Positions 9,900 to 19,181 of a stretch of 64,000 bases of DNA are shown here, piece after piece. The notes beneath the pieces were generated by a model. It was not told the DNA's origin and did not search any database. It was given only the letters and a program-made list of their open reading frames with translations. Each line of letters opens with the position of its first letter. Within the stretch, counting starts at the first letter, position 1. The DNA comes from Candidatus Thorarchaeota archaeon (GTDB taxonomy: Archaea > Asgardarchaeota > Thorarchaeia > Thorarchaeales > Thorarchaeaceae), in the NCBI GenBank assembly GCA_004524445.1, contig SDNP01000013.1:1-64000 (forward strand), written 5' to 3'. A program made the position numbers and the translations under genes.

Positions 9900-10411
9900 T
9901 GCGGCCTCACCAAGACTTAAGCAGTAACTATACTGAATCCTATTATTTGTATCTTTTTTCCCATTGAATTGCGGATGAGAAGTAAGAGTAATCCAATGGG
10001 CTTTGTACACACACTTAATGAAAGGTTTTGGGAATCCTACAACAAACAGCTTGATGATTGGGCTGTCGTTCATGGGCTGCCATCAGACACTTCTCAGCTC
10101 TCTCAAATAGACCCTCTTCTTTGATAATCAGTCCAGCTTAGGTGACCTGTTCAACATGGCTGTCGAGGAAGAGATAATGACGGAAACAGCAGCAGGTGAG
10201 TTGTGGGGCGGTCCTGTCCGGATGAAAGCTATGTAGAACATCCTTTCAAAATCATATGAAGTCACGGGAGGAGTACTCAGTTTCAGCTATTACGGTGTCA
10301 TGATGTTTAAGCTGATGGTCGCATTCCAGTTCGCATCATATGCATTAATGGTTGGTGCAGTTGTAGGTGGACTGTGAAGGTACTGGAAGAGGAGTTCTCT
10401 TCAGCCACCTC

Positions 10412-10720
10412 CTACACTTTTTCAAGAAACTTGGTACTTGCAATTCGCGCCTCGACTTCAGTAGGCAGTGGAGTTTCAGGGTCATCACGGTTGTATCTCA
10501 TACCTTTTCTTACCCAGCTATTAAGCCAGTCCTCAAGCCCCCTTTCATTGAAGAGGTAGGAAACAACACCCCTCTTTGAGCTCTTTTCCATCAATATGAG
10601 TAATACTTCTTCCCCCTGCTCCCGCATTTGGTCCACTTGAGCAAGCATCTCATGCACCGCTTCCCACGTTGTAACAATCTCAGAGAAGTACCAGTCCTCG
10701 TATTTAGGGTTGTGAATCAT
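10412..10720 (-). CDS. Hypothetical protein
   Basis: 102-aa ORF with protein-like composition at the island's right edge. Confidence 0.5.
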   Translation of the reverse strand: MIHNPKYEDWYFSEIVTTWEAVHEMLAQVDQMREQGEEVLLILMEKSSKRGVVSYLFNERGLEDWLNSWVRKGMRYNRDDPETPLPTEVEARIASTKFLEKV

Positions 10721-10744
10721 CCTACTATATCATTCACGCTCCGG

Positions 10745-10767
10745 CTAGATAAAGCTAATTTATCTAG
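10745..10767. promoter_or_regulatory. Perfect 9-bp inverted repeat CTAGATAAA-GCTAA-TTTATCTAG
   Basis: Seen directly; 4 nt from the start of the tuf repeat and 25 nt upstream of ORF 10412-10720. Confidence 0.5.
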
Positions 10768-10771
10768 TGCA

Positions 10772-11176
10772 GTCGAAAGAAAAGACCTCGGTCGCGGTGA
10801 TGTTGCAGGACCAACTGACAAGCCTCCAACAGTGGCTGCAGACTACACAGGTCAGATCATGGTCATTCAGCACCCAACAGCCATTACTATTGGCTGCACA
10901 CCGGTCATTCACGCTCATACAGCCCAGATTGCCTGCAGATTCGATGAACTGCTGCAGAAACTGGACCAGCGCACCGGACAAGTGGTTGAGGAGAATCCTG
11001 ATTTTGTCAAGCACGGTGAGTCAATGATCGCCAAGCTTGTGCCACTGAAGCCCATGGTCATCGAGCCATACAAGGAGCTCCCACAGTTGGGTCGCTTCGC
11101 AGTTCGTGACATGGGAATGACAGTAGCTGTAGGCGTTGTCACAAAGGTCACTCCTCGCGAGCCAAGCAAGAAATAG
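10772..11176 (+). pseudogene. EF-1alpha 3' fragment (end of domain II plus domain III); right copy of the direct repeat
   Basis: 128/134 aa identical to tuf; no start or G domain; followed by its own hairpin and U-tract (11198-11233). Confidence 0.92.
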
Positions 11177-11312
11177 TTTAACCCATACTAGCAGAACCGG
11201 GCCAGCGCGGCCCGTGTTCCATTCTTCTTTTCTATCATATATTGAATATTCTACAGCGAAATATGGAAAACCTATAAGAAATCAGTTCCCTATATGACAT
11301 GAGAGAAGCAAA

Positions 11313-11510
11313 TTGCTAGGCATATATCTAGTATTCCTATTTGGGGGGGTTCTCTTATTGGCATGGTACCTGAGCCGTGATAAGAGAGTGAAGCACTCAA
11401 CAGATCCCGCATTCGAAATACAACAAATGGAACAAGAAGCACTTGAAAAGAGGATACGCTATTTACAGGATTATGTGGCGGCAACGAGTAGGAAAGCTCC
11501 CACAGAATGA
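11313..11510 (+). CDS. Small single-TM protein with coiled-coil-like tail
   Basis: N-terminal hydrophobic helix, then EIQQMEQEALEKRIRYLQDY. Confidence 0.5.
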   Translation: MLGIYLVFLFGGVLLLAWYLSRDKRVKHSTDPAFEIQQMEQEALEKRIRYLQDYVAATSRKAPTE

Positions 11511-11716
11511 ATACGATCAATTCTGTTTTATCCAGGACTAGAAAGAAACAGCGAATTATCTTGACTTGCACCTTGTTTTGAATCGTTCCAGGCTGCAATT
11601 CACAAAGCCTCCCAAAAATGGATTATTAGCTCCAAGAAGATAATCTAACATCGGCGCCTACCCAAGTCAACATTTAACTATATTTAACAAGAATATTTCG
11701 TAAGTGTGATGAAACT

Positions 11717-12349
11717 GTGATTGATGTTTCTCTGCTGCGGATACTGGCAGGAATCTTGCTGACTTCATCTTTTTTGCTGATCTATCAAGTGAACTCCGGA
11801 GGAAACAAAGATAGTGAAGGCTTTGATGTGAAGAAAGAGGTTATTGAGCCACCATCAATTCAGGTTGCGGGGAACATAGTGACCATTTTTGTACCGATGA
11901 TTGCCGTTGTCCTCCTGATTCTTTTCCCTGGGACAGTCTATGGAACAGTCCTAAACATCCAGTTCTATGGCAATACACTCATCCAAGTTCTGGGAGTAGT
12001 CATCTACCTTGCAGGGGCAATCCTTCTATTATGGAGTAGTAAGACTCTTGGCAAGTACGATACAGGGAGAATAGCGGTGGCTGAGGATCATATACTAGTT
12101 GACACAGGTCCGTATGCGAGAGTCCGTCATCCTGGATATGTTGCCACATTCATGTTAGCACTCTCTGTTTTTCTCATTTTGCTGAATATAATCCTCGTTC
12201 TCGACTTGATTGCGGCAGCAGCCTATTTCGTCTATAGGGCTCGGCTTGAAGAGGACCTTTTGTCTTCCGAAGAGAATCTTGGTGATCAGTATCGAACATA
12301 TATACAGCGAACCGGTCGATTCTTTCCTAGGTTGGGGAGAAACCCATAA
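11717..12349 (+). CDS. Isoprenylcysteine carboxyl methyltransferase/PEMT family membrane protein
   Basis: LVDTGPYARVRHPGY, RARLEED, YIQRTGRFFP. Confidence 0.88.
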   Translation: MIDVSLLRILAGILLTSSFLLIYQVNSGGNKDSEGFDVKKEVIEPPSIQVAGNIVTIFVPMIAVVLLILFPGTVYGTVLNIQFYGNTLIQVLGVVIYLAGAILLLWSSKTLGKYDTGRIAVAEDHILVDTGPYARVRHPGYVATFMLALSVFLILLNIILVLDLIAAAAYFVYRARLEEDLLSSEENLGDQYRTYIQRTGRFFPRLGRNP

Positions 12350-12351
12350 AA

Positions 12352-12690
12352 TTATGAGAAAATCACTTCTTCCCTGATTTTTGTGCGCATTTTGGACATT
12401 TTTGAAAAGAAATGAGCATAGGCCTTTGCTACCTTGTCTCTTTTATTATTGAGCAGCCAATCAAGTGATGAATAGTCGGGTACCCAAAAGACCCACATCG
12501 AATCCATATCTCCGCCTATACCGTCAGTCGCTGCGAAAATCCCATGTATCCAATCCGCCTCTTGGACAGCCTCATGAAGCTCGACTGCGGCATGAACTTG
12601 GTCTGGCTCTGTGTCACTAGTTGCCGGCCAACTAAATTCTACAATGAGATACAATCCGGGTGTCTGTTTATCGCATGTCATTCGTGTCAC
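12352..12690 (-). CDS. Hypothetical protein (alpha+beta barrel-like)
   Basis: 112-aa ORF, alternating beta/alpha pattern. Confidence 0.55.
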   Translation of the reverse strand: MTRMTCDKQTPGLYLIVEFSWPATSDTEPDQVHAAVELHEAVQEADWIHGIFAATDGIGGDMDSMWVFWVPDYSSLDWLLNNKRDKVAKAYAHFFSKMSKMRTKIREEVIFS

Positions 12691-12838
12691 CTGTTCTGCT
12701 TGCAGTTCACTTTATGCCATGTTCCCGAAAGAGATAAGGTAGCTACTTTCCTCACAGTTGATAGGTCCTATGGTTTATTTGTTCAAAATACTAATACTAT
12801 AATGAAGCCATAATTGGATATAGGTCATGGGATGAATA

Positions 12839-13078
12839 ATGATACTTTTGTACGGCATCATTGGTGCCATAATTTTTTTCATTCTTCTTTATCTTTACAG
12901 TACTACTTTGAGGAGCAGACACAGCACAAAGGGTGTTCTGGAGGAAAGCGACCCGCAAGATCATGTAGTAATGTTCACCCCTGAGAGGTATCATGGCGGT
13001 AAAACCGGCCCCTCAGACAACAAGTGGGTGGCACTAGGCGGAAAAGACCTCGGTTCCATCTATGACGATGATGATTAG
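12839..13078 (+). CDS. Small single-TM hypothetical protein
   Basis: N-terminal TM helix, acidic tail. Confidence 0.55.
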   Translation: MILLYGIIGAIIFFILLYLYSTTLRSRHSTKGVLEESDPQDHVVMFTPERYHGGKTGPSDNKWVALGGKDLGSIYDDDD

Positions 13079-13144
13079 CTCAAATATCGGTAGTCATGTC
13101 GAAGGAGTATTATTCAGTCACTAGCACCAGAAATACGATGGCAA

Positions 13145-13342
13145 ATGGCACAAGAAGCCTCCCCTAAGAATGTTTCAGAGGAGTATCGTAGAATCATTCT
13201 TCTCTTTTTGCTATTTTTGCTGGTGTCCCCTGGTGCTTTCATAATATTCATTGGCCCAGAAAACTTAGCTCCTGTCATCCTCCTTCTCTCAGTTCCCTTA
13301 TCACTATCAATCGTGTATTGGATAGTGAGAAGGAATAGGTGA
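13145..13342 (+). CDS. Small two-TM hypothetical protein
   Basis: Two hydrophobic helices flanked by Arg residues. Confidence 0.55.
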   Translation: MAQEASPKNVSEEYRRIILLFLLFLLVSPGAFIIFIGPENLAPVILLLSVPLSLSIVYWIVRRNR

Positions 13343-13410
13343 TGGCTCCAGCAATCGGCAATCATAAAGCAATATCTGGAAAAATGCACCAACGAGGTCT
13401 GTGTTCACTA

Positions 13411-13836
13411 ATGATTGATGAAGGGGAAAAGGGGCATGATGAATCCGGCTTGAATAAACGGTCAAGATGCTGTCGGTGGACTGTCTTTGGAGTAATTGGA
13501 GTATTAGCTATTATTACGCTCTTCTTAACATTCCTGTATTCCCCATTCGAAACAATTGTTCCCTTCTCCTTACTAGCTATCCCAATAGTTGTTTTCCTGG
13601 TGTATGTTGCATATCGGTGGGCATCTGGTAGCTCTGTATCAGGTTATAACAGCGGACAGGATGAAAGAATTCTCGAGAGCATGAGAAAGCATGCTCTTCG
13701 TGCAGAGAGAGTTGGTGATTTCGAAATGTACAGGTGCCCAGGCTGTCAAATCTCTTTTGAAATTGTTAATGCACTGCCAATTGAAGATGATACGGTGCTT
13801 TGCCCGCATTGTGGGACCCGCCTGTTAGTAGGATAA
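13411..13836 (+). CDS. Two-TM protein with C-terminal Zn ribbon
   Basis: CPGC...CPHCG. Confidence 0.65.
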   Translation: MIDEGEKGHDESGLNKRSRCCRWTVFGVIGVLAIITLFLTFLYSPFETIVPFSLLAIPIVVFLVYVAYRWASGSSVSGYNSGQDERILESMRKHALRAERVGDFEMYRCPGCQISFEIVNALPIEDDTVLCPHCGTRLLVG

Positions 13837-13955
13837 CATATCCTACTACAACAAAAAAATCTGCGGGGCCTTGAGTTCATGTAGTTTGGGCTCTTACCAT
13901 AAAAAAGAGAGTGTGGAGGTGGCTCAAATGAGGCCACCGTCTGCTGAGTTGTTGT

Positions 13956-14618
13956 CTACTCTATCTTGAGACTATCCTCGATTTCAATGACGCCTGCAGT
14001 GAATTCAGCTGCATTGATAGCAGCTCGATATGCAGACCAGCTGGGAACCGTGCCCGTTAGGGTCACTTCACCATTCTTGACTCTAACATCGACATCGTCA
14101 ACATCAACATTGAGATTTCGATCTAATGCCGAGGTGATGTCCTCTGCAATTGCTTTATCGACAATACTCTCTGTCGGAACTACAGCAAGCTCATTCTGAA
14201 TCTTTATGACTCCGTCAACATCGCTTGCCAGTTGTTTAGCACGAATTTTCTTCCAATATGCATCAACAGTTCCTTCTAACTGAACAAATCCAGCATCAAC
14301 TTTAGTATGCACATCTGTTGAGTCTATGTACGTATTCCATAGGAGTCGGTTGTCGATTTTCGTTTGAACTGTGTCATCTGTCGGTACCTTGTACGTCGTG
14401 GGAAATTCGACTTCAATTTCGTTTTCCACAGCGCTTACACCGTCAATAGTCCAGGCATCAAGGACTGCATCTTCTCGCGCCCTGTAGCTGGGCACATTGC
14501 CGGATAGTTTCACAGTACTGCCATGCACTTCGACACTTATGTCAGAAGCATCAACACGGTCGTCCCAATAGAGTTGGTCAACAACGCGTTTCTTGAGTGA
14601 TTCTTCTGTCCTGGTCAT
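13956..14618 (-). CDS. Triple BON-domain protein
   Basis: Three repeats of V.V..G.V.L.G.V...(A)...GV..V.N.L. Confidence 0.9.
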   Translation of the reverse strand: MTRTEESLKKRVVDQLYWDDRVDASDISVEVHGSTVKLSGNVPSYRAREDAVLDAWTIDGVSAVENEIEVEFPTTYKVPTDDTVQTKIDNRLLWNTYIDSTDVHTKVDAGFVQLEGTVDAYWKKIRAKQLASDVDGVIKIQNELAVVPTESIVDKAIAEDITSALDRNLNVDVDDVDVRVKNGEVTLTGTVPSWSAYRAAINAAEFTAGVIEIEDSLKIE

Positions 14619-14827
14619 CTTGAAAACCTTCAGGCAAGGAATCTCCTTGCACTAATGCTACATTATATACCCAACTTTTAAGAATTTGCATAATATGCAC
14701 CAATAAAATGTATAAATAGTGCAAAAAATAAAACGCATCCTAAATCGAATGTTGTCATGTACTGGAGTTCACCTTTCATATTATACATAAACACAGTCAC
14801 GCTATCACTACACAGAGGATAATTGAG

Positions 14828-15997
14828 ATGTCACAAACGAAAGTTATGGACATATACACGCAAGACTATGCATCGGTAAACGAAACTGATAATCTATCCA
14901 AGTGCATCAATCTCTTTGAGGAAAAACGAGTACCAGCTCTTGCTGTAAGAGGTGCAAATGGAAAGATTGTTGGAATGCTGAGTAGGAGATGGATACGGCG
15001 TTCAGCTCTTGACCCCTCATCGACCAAGGTCAAGACACTTACTCGTTCTCCACCAACAGTTGGAATTCATGACAACATCACGGAGGCAGCTCGATTGATG
15101 ATTGAGAACCAAGTAATGAGGCTGCCAGTGTATGATGGTGAGAAACTGAAGGGCTTTGTGACAGATGAAGACATATTCAATCATCTCGCGCAACAAGACT
15201 GGGGTAAAGCTCCAATTGACAAAGTAATGACTCGGGATCCTGAAACTGTTAACCATGATGATTCGGTAGCAAAAGTAATGACTCTATTTCGCGAGAATGG
15301 TTTTTCTCATGCACCTATTCTCAAAGACGGGCTTCTTGAGGGAGTTGTGAGTATTCAAGACGTAATTGATGTGGCGTATGGCCCACGAAAGAGACAAAGT
15401 CGTGGTGAGCGGGCTGGAGAGAAGATTGATCTATCAGGCATGTCAATTTCAAGCGTTTGGTCAACTCCCGTAGTAGAGGCTGAACGAAACGAAAAGCTAG
15501 CCAATGCTTGGAAAAGAATGAAACAGAACGACGTTTCGTGTCTAATCATAGCTGAAAATCGAATTCCCATCGGGATTATAACGAAAAAAGACCTGTTGGA
15601 GCCCATTGCACAAGAGTCAATGGAGTCTCGTCAGATGACTCTCCAGTTCTCGGTCAAACCTGATATCAAGATATCAGAGGGGGCACGCCAAGCAATACTC
15701 AAGGATTTTGACTCCTTTATTCGAAAATACAAGAAACACCTAGGATTGGGCAAGCTCTTTGTCTACATGAAGGGTCATGGATCCATGAAGAAGGGAGACC
15801 AACTTATTCACTGCAGGCTTCAATTCCATACAAGTGCTGCACAATTCTATAGCAAAGCAGAAGCTTGGAGTGCTGAAGAGGCATTCTCATTGGCGCTAGA
15901 CAGACTTGAGCGCAGAGTGATTCAGAGCAAAGAGATGAAACTGGATCCAAAGCAACGGTGGAAGCATTTCGACCGTTTCATGGAATCGGAACTCTAG
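14828..15997 (+). CDS. Four-CBS-domain protein with C-terminal HPF/RaiA-like domain (candidate ribosome hibernation factor)
   Basis: Four CBS repeats; C-terminal beta-alpha-beta-beta-beta-alpha ending AEEAFSLALDRLERRV. Confidence 0.78.
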   Translation: MSQTKVMDIYTQDYASVNETDNLSKCINLFEEKRVPALAVRGANGKIVGMLSRRWIRRSALDPSSTKVKTLTRSPPTVGIHDNITEAARLMIENQVMRLPVYDGEKLKGFVTDEDIFNHLAQQDWGKAPIDKVMTRDPETVNHDDSVAKVMTLFRENGFSHAPILKDGLLEGVVSIQDVIDVAYGPRKRQSRGERAGEKIDLSGMSISSVWSTPVVEAERNEKLANAWKRMKQNDVSCLIIAENRIPIGIITKKDLLEPIAQESMESRQMTLQFSVKPDIKISEGARQAILKDFDSFIRKYKKHLGLGKLFVYMKGHGSMKKGDQLIHCRLQFHTSAAQFYSKAEAWSAEEAFSLALDRLERRVIQSKEMKLDPKQRWKHFDRFMESEL

Positions 15998-16035
15998 GTC
16001 CACTGATGCTTGCTCACCAATTGTATTGTGTAAAA

Positions 16036-16186
16036 TGGCGCTGAGGGAGGGATTTTCCCGCCCATTGGAAGTCAATGAGGCTTTCGAACCCTCGCGCGCT
16101 CACGGCGCACCAGCTGTCAGCCAGCCCAATCTATCGGCGCAGAGCTGATAGCAGGCTGGCTCCATACCAGGCTAGGAGACCTCAGC
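16036..16186 (-). tRNA. tRNA-Ser(GCU) with two introns (33 nt at 37/38: 16116-16148; 30 nt in T-loop: about 16053-16082)
   Basis: Acceptor GCTGAGG/CCTCAGC, G73, encoded CCA, CCAGC/GCTGG anticodon stem, long variable arm; removing both inserts gives an 88-nt cloverleaf. Confidence 0.9.
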
Positions 16187-16314
16187 TCGAATCAGAGCGG
16201 TCAATACTAGTCACTTAAACATTATCGTCTGAAACTAGATATTCTCGGTTAAGCTTATAATTGGGCAGAGATTTGATATCGGAAAAAGTCCTACTATTGT
16301 ATCGGTGGCGAACG

Positions 16315-17007
16315 ATGAGCGACTTAACAACGGAGAGTGTTGTAAAACGATACTTGGCCTTTGCAGTGGCTTACTGTGCAACAACAGCAATCCTACTGCT
16401 GGGCCCTGTCTTCATACTAGAGGATAGACTAGTCGCGTTGATTTACTATCAGATGGGTGGATACGATATTCTAATACTATACCTGCTGGTCCTTCCATTC
16501 CTCACATTGTTTGCATCGAATTTCTATTCATTTGGCATGGAATTCGGAACCATCACCGAGAATAAATCCCGTGTTCTGTTAGGCATCATCATTAGTGTGG
16601 TTGTGGCCTCAGCAGAAATCTTCTTGGCCATCTGGGTAAACAATTCAATTCAAAGCGCTTATTGGGAGTCCATGACATATGTTGTGACGGGCGCTCTCCT
16701 CATTCTAACCCTAATCATGGCCCATACATTAGTCACTGTGATGGCATTCACGGATACACCTCGGAGAACAGCAAAGCGGATAGTGTCTGACCCCACTTTC
16801 TGGTTTGCCTTCCCTATCATTCTTGGTCTCTTGTTGCTATCTCTCTATCCGGTCTTTGAAGCACAAACACTAGAAGGTCTTCTCCCTCAACCGTTCCAAG
16901 ATGATTTCTGCCGGTCTATAGTGGAGCTCTTCCTTGTCATTCCCACCTGTTTCTTGATTCCTGCATTACCATGGATTATGCAACAAGCAGCTGCCCATGA
17001 AATATAA
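16315..17007 (+). CDS. Multi-pass membrane protein
   Basis: About 6 TM helices. Confidence 0.7.
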   Translation: MSDLTTESVVKRYLAFAVAYCATTAILLLGPVFILEDRLVALIYYQMGGYDILILYLLVLPFLTLFASNFYSFGMEFGTITENKSRVLLGIIISVVVASAEIFLAIWVNNSIQSAYWESMTYVVTGALLILTLIMAHTLVTVMAFTDTPRRTAKRIVSDPTFWFAFPIILGLLLLSLYPVFEAQTLEGLLPQPFQDDFCRSIVELFLVIPTCFLIPALPWIMQQAAAHEI

Positions 17008-17027
17008 GGCTCTGAATGAAAAGGAGG

Positions 17028-17342
17028 TGCGGCAGATCCACCTCATCGTATGTCGGTAGGCGCTGGACTGAACAGTGCGGTTCTCAGAGCAGCTACCTCC
17101 GGGGCTCCACAACCCCTCGTTAGTGCTGTTCCCGCCAGGACCTGACACGGTTCCGAGGATTAAGCTACTCACAGCAATCCTACGATTACTGCTGTAGCAG
17201 AAGCGGACTCCAGAGACCGCTCATCAACGTCCCGCAGCTGGGTCCAACGGTTTCCCGGTTCATTCTCAGTGGTGGTTACTGGCTCCGGCTATTGCCATAC
17301 CGGTTACAGGTCGCGGCAAACGACCCAGCCCTACCTGCCGCA
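17028..17342 (-). ncRNA. ffs: SRP (7S) RNA
   Basis: Terminal GCGGCAG/CTGCCGC helix; Alu helices 3 and 4 with UGUAA and complementary loops; helix 6 GUAG loop; helix 8 GUGUCAGGUCC-UGGC-GGGAACAGCAC. Confidence 0.9.
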
Positions 17343-17399
17343 GTTCAAGTTCAAGGCTGATAGCCCTAAAAACATTATCAATTGGATACAAACGGAGGC

Positions 17400-19181
17400 T
17401 TAAACAAAGGCGCCTGCATCACGCCTTATCCTGACAATCTCTTCTAGTACTTCAAGTTCTGATGGTGTCAAGTCCTCTTTGAATTTTTTACGTATTGCAA
17501 GGATGTGCTTGTCTGGCATGAATGTATAGAGCACTTCGTCGCTCTTGACCTGACGCCCAATTGTAGGTCCTCTTATTGAAACAGCGACCTCCATACCTTC
17601 AGTGGCCTCATCTATGTTAACACTGCGATCTTGAATCTGATTGATTATGCCGACTCTTTTTCCCTCACTATTCATCAGAGCTACTTTGGGACGTATAACG
17701 CCATGAACTTTGACTCCCACAATTGCAGGTTTACTCTGTCTGAATACATAATCCGGGATTAATTCAATCTTACCTGGCCTGATAATGGAGCCTAATGACT
17801 CCGCCTTCGCTTGCTCTCTCTTGACAATGAGCCATGCATTGTAGTCATCATAGAGTCGGTAAATGACATCGCTTAGAAAGACCTCAACACCATATTCTGC
17901 AGCCAGTTCTTCAATGTCTGGTGCGAATTTGACATTAAACCCTAGGACTACTGCATTTAATGGGTCTGTGTCCCCTGCTGCACTTGCCTCGATGATGTCC
18001 CTCTTTATAATGGGTCCAACATCAGCTAATCTAACCGGTACGTTCCGTTCTTGTAGGAATGTAGAAACCGCCTCCAAAGACCCAAGTGTATCCGTCTTCA
18101 ATACGACTCCAGACTTGTCAGTTTCTATCCTGATTGAGCTTACCTCATCCCGAATCTTTTGTTTCATTGGTTCTAGATTCTCTTTGTCCCAGACAGCATA
18201 GACTGGCGCCCCTGCAACAGCCCCCTCTAAATCTGGTGCCACAATCTTGACACCTGCTGCAGCATGTACCTCTGACACGTTTGTGAACCGTTCTCTAGGG
18301 TCGCGAATTTCATCGAGTTCTCTGGGCTGCAAGAGAGCCCTAATCTTAGCCACCACAACATCTTCGAGTCCTCCAACTACAATCGTGTCATTTTTACGAA
18401 GAACCCCATCATAGACAATCGTGTCCAATGTAAGCCCCAGTCCTGTTTCTTCACGTACTTCAAGAATGGCGCCCTTTGCAGGACCTGATGTGACCTGTAA
18501 CCGCTCTTTCAAGAACTGCTGAGTAAGACCAGATAATACCATTAGAAGCTCGGGGATCCCATCTCCCGTTATGGCGCTTGTTGGAACAATCGCCACGTTC
18601 TTTCTGAAATCTCTTACTCGATCAAATCTTTCCGACATAATGTCGTTTGCTGAGAGTGCCCCCACAATCTCGTATATTCTCTTATCAATCTCACTCTGAA
18701 CAGTCTTTGATTGTGCCTTCATTGCCTGTGCAAGGGCGAGATTTGGTTTAGGATTCCACCCCGGAATCTTGTCTAGCTTATTGGCAGCTATAAGAAAGGG
18801 GGTCTTCCCAGACCGGAGGATTTTGAGAGACTCGTAGGTTTGAGTAAGTGGCCCCTCCGTAATGTCAACAACTAGGATTGCTATGTCTGCGATTGCTCCT
18901 CCCCGTCGTCGAAGATTTAAGTATGCCTCGTGACCTGGCGTGTCTATAAAGAGCAAACCGTCAATTGTAAGTTCTCTCGCCAAATTTTTCAATAAGCCTC
19001 CACAAATTGACTTGATGGTATCTGTAGGGAAAAATGAGGCGCCAATATGCTGAGTAATTCCAGCAGCTTCACGACTTTGTACTCCTGTACCACGCATTTT
19101 GTCCAGTAACGATGTCTTGCCGTGGTCAATATGACCTAGTACAGTAACTATAGGCGAACGCAATTTGGTGTTCTCTGTCAA
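17400..19181 (-). CDS. infB: Translation initiation factor aIF5B (IF-2)
   Basis: LRSPIVTVLGHIDHGKT, GITQHIGA, DTPGHEA, NKLD. Confidence 0.97.
   Translation of the reverse strand: MTENTKLRSPIVTVLGHIDHGKTSLLDKMRGTGVQSREAAGITQHIGASFFPTDTIKSICGGLLKNLARELTIDGLLFIDTPGHEAYLNLRRRGGAIADIAILVVDITEGPLTQTYESLKILRSGKTPFLIAANKLDKIPGWNPKPNLALAQAMKAQSKTVQSEIDKRIYEIVGALSANDIMSERFDRVRDFRKNVAIVPTSAITGDGIPELLMVLSGLTQQFLKERLQVTSGPAKGAILEVREETGLGLTLDTIVYDGVLRKNDTIVVGGLEDVVVAKIRALLQPRELDEIRDPRERFTNVSEVHAAAGVKIVAPDLEGAVAGAPVYAVWDKENLEPMKQKIRDEVSSIRIETDKSGVVLKTDTLGSLEAVSTFLQERNVPVRLADVGPIIKRDIIEASAAGDTDPLNAVVLGFNVKFAPDIEELAAEYGVEVFLSDVIYRLYDDYNAWLIVKREQAKAESLGSIIRPGKIELIPDYVFRQSKPAIVGVKVHGVIRPKVALMNSEGKRVGIINQIQDRSVNIDEATEGMEVAVSIRGPTIGRQVKSDEVLYTFMPDKHILAIRKKFKEDLTPSELEVLEEIVRIRRDAGAFV

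Larger units (their letters stand above)
5634..11176. mobile_element. Genomic island inserted at the tuf 3' end (no integrase seen)
   Basis: Flanked by the tuf 3' direct repeat; visibly more AT-rich cargo; contains decayed fragments. Confidence 0.65.

Noticed and set aside
10120-10377. Plus-strand frame with in-frame TAG (10234) as pyrrolysine readthrough
   Set aside because: No recognisable family or start; a decayed fragment is the simpler explanation.
10628-11176. 182-aa ORF as a genuine second EF-1alpha-like gene
   Set aside because: Its first 48 codons are antisense to ORF 10412-10720 and unrelated to EF-1alpha; homology starts abruptly at 10772.
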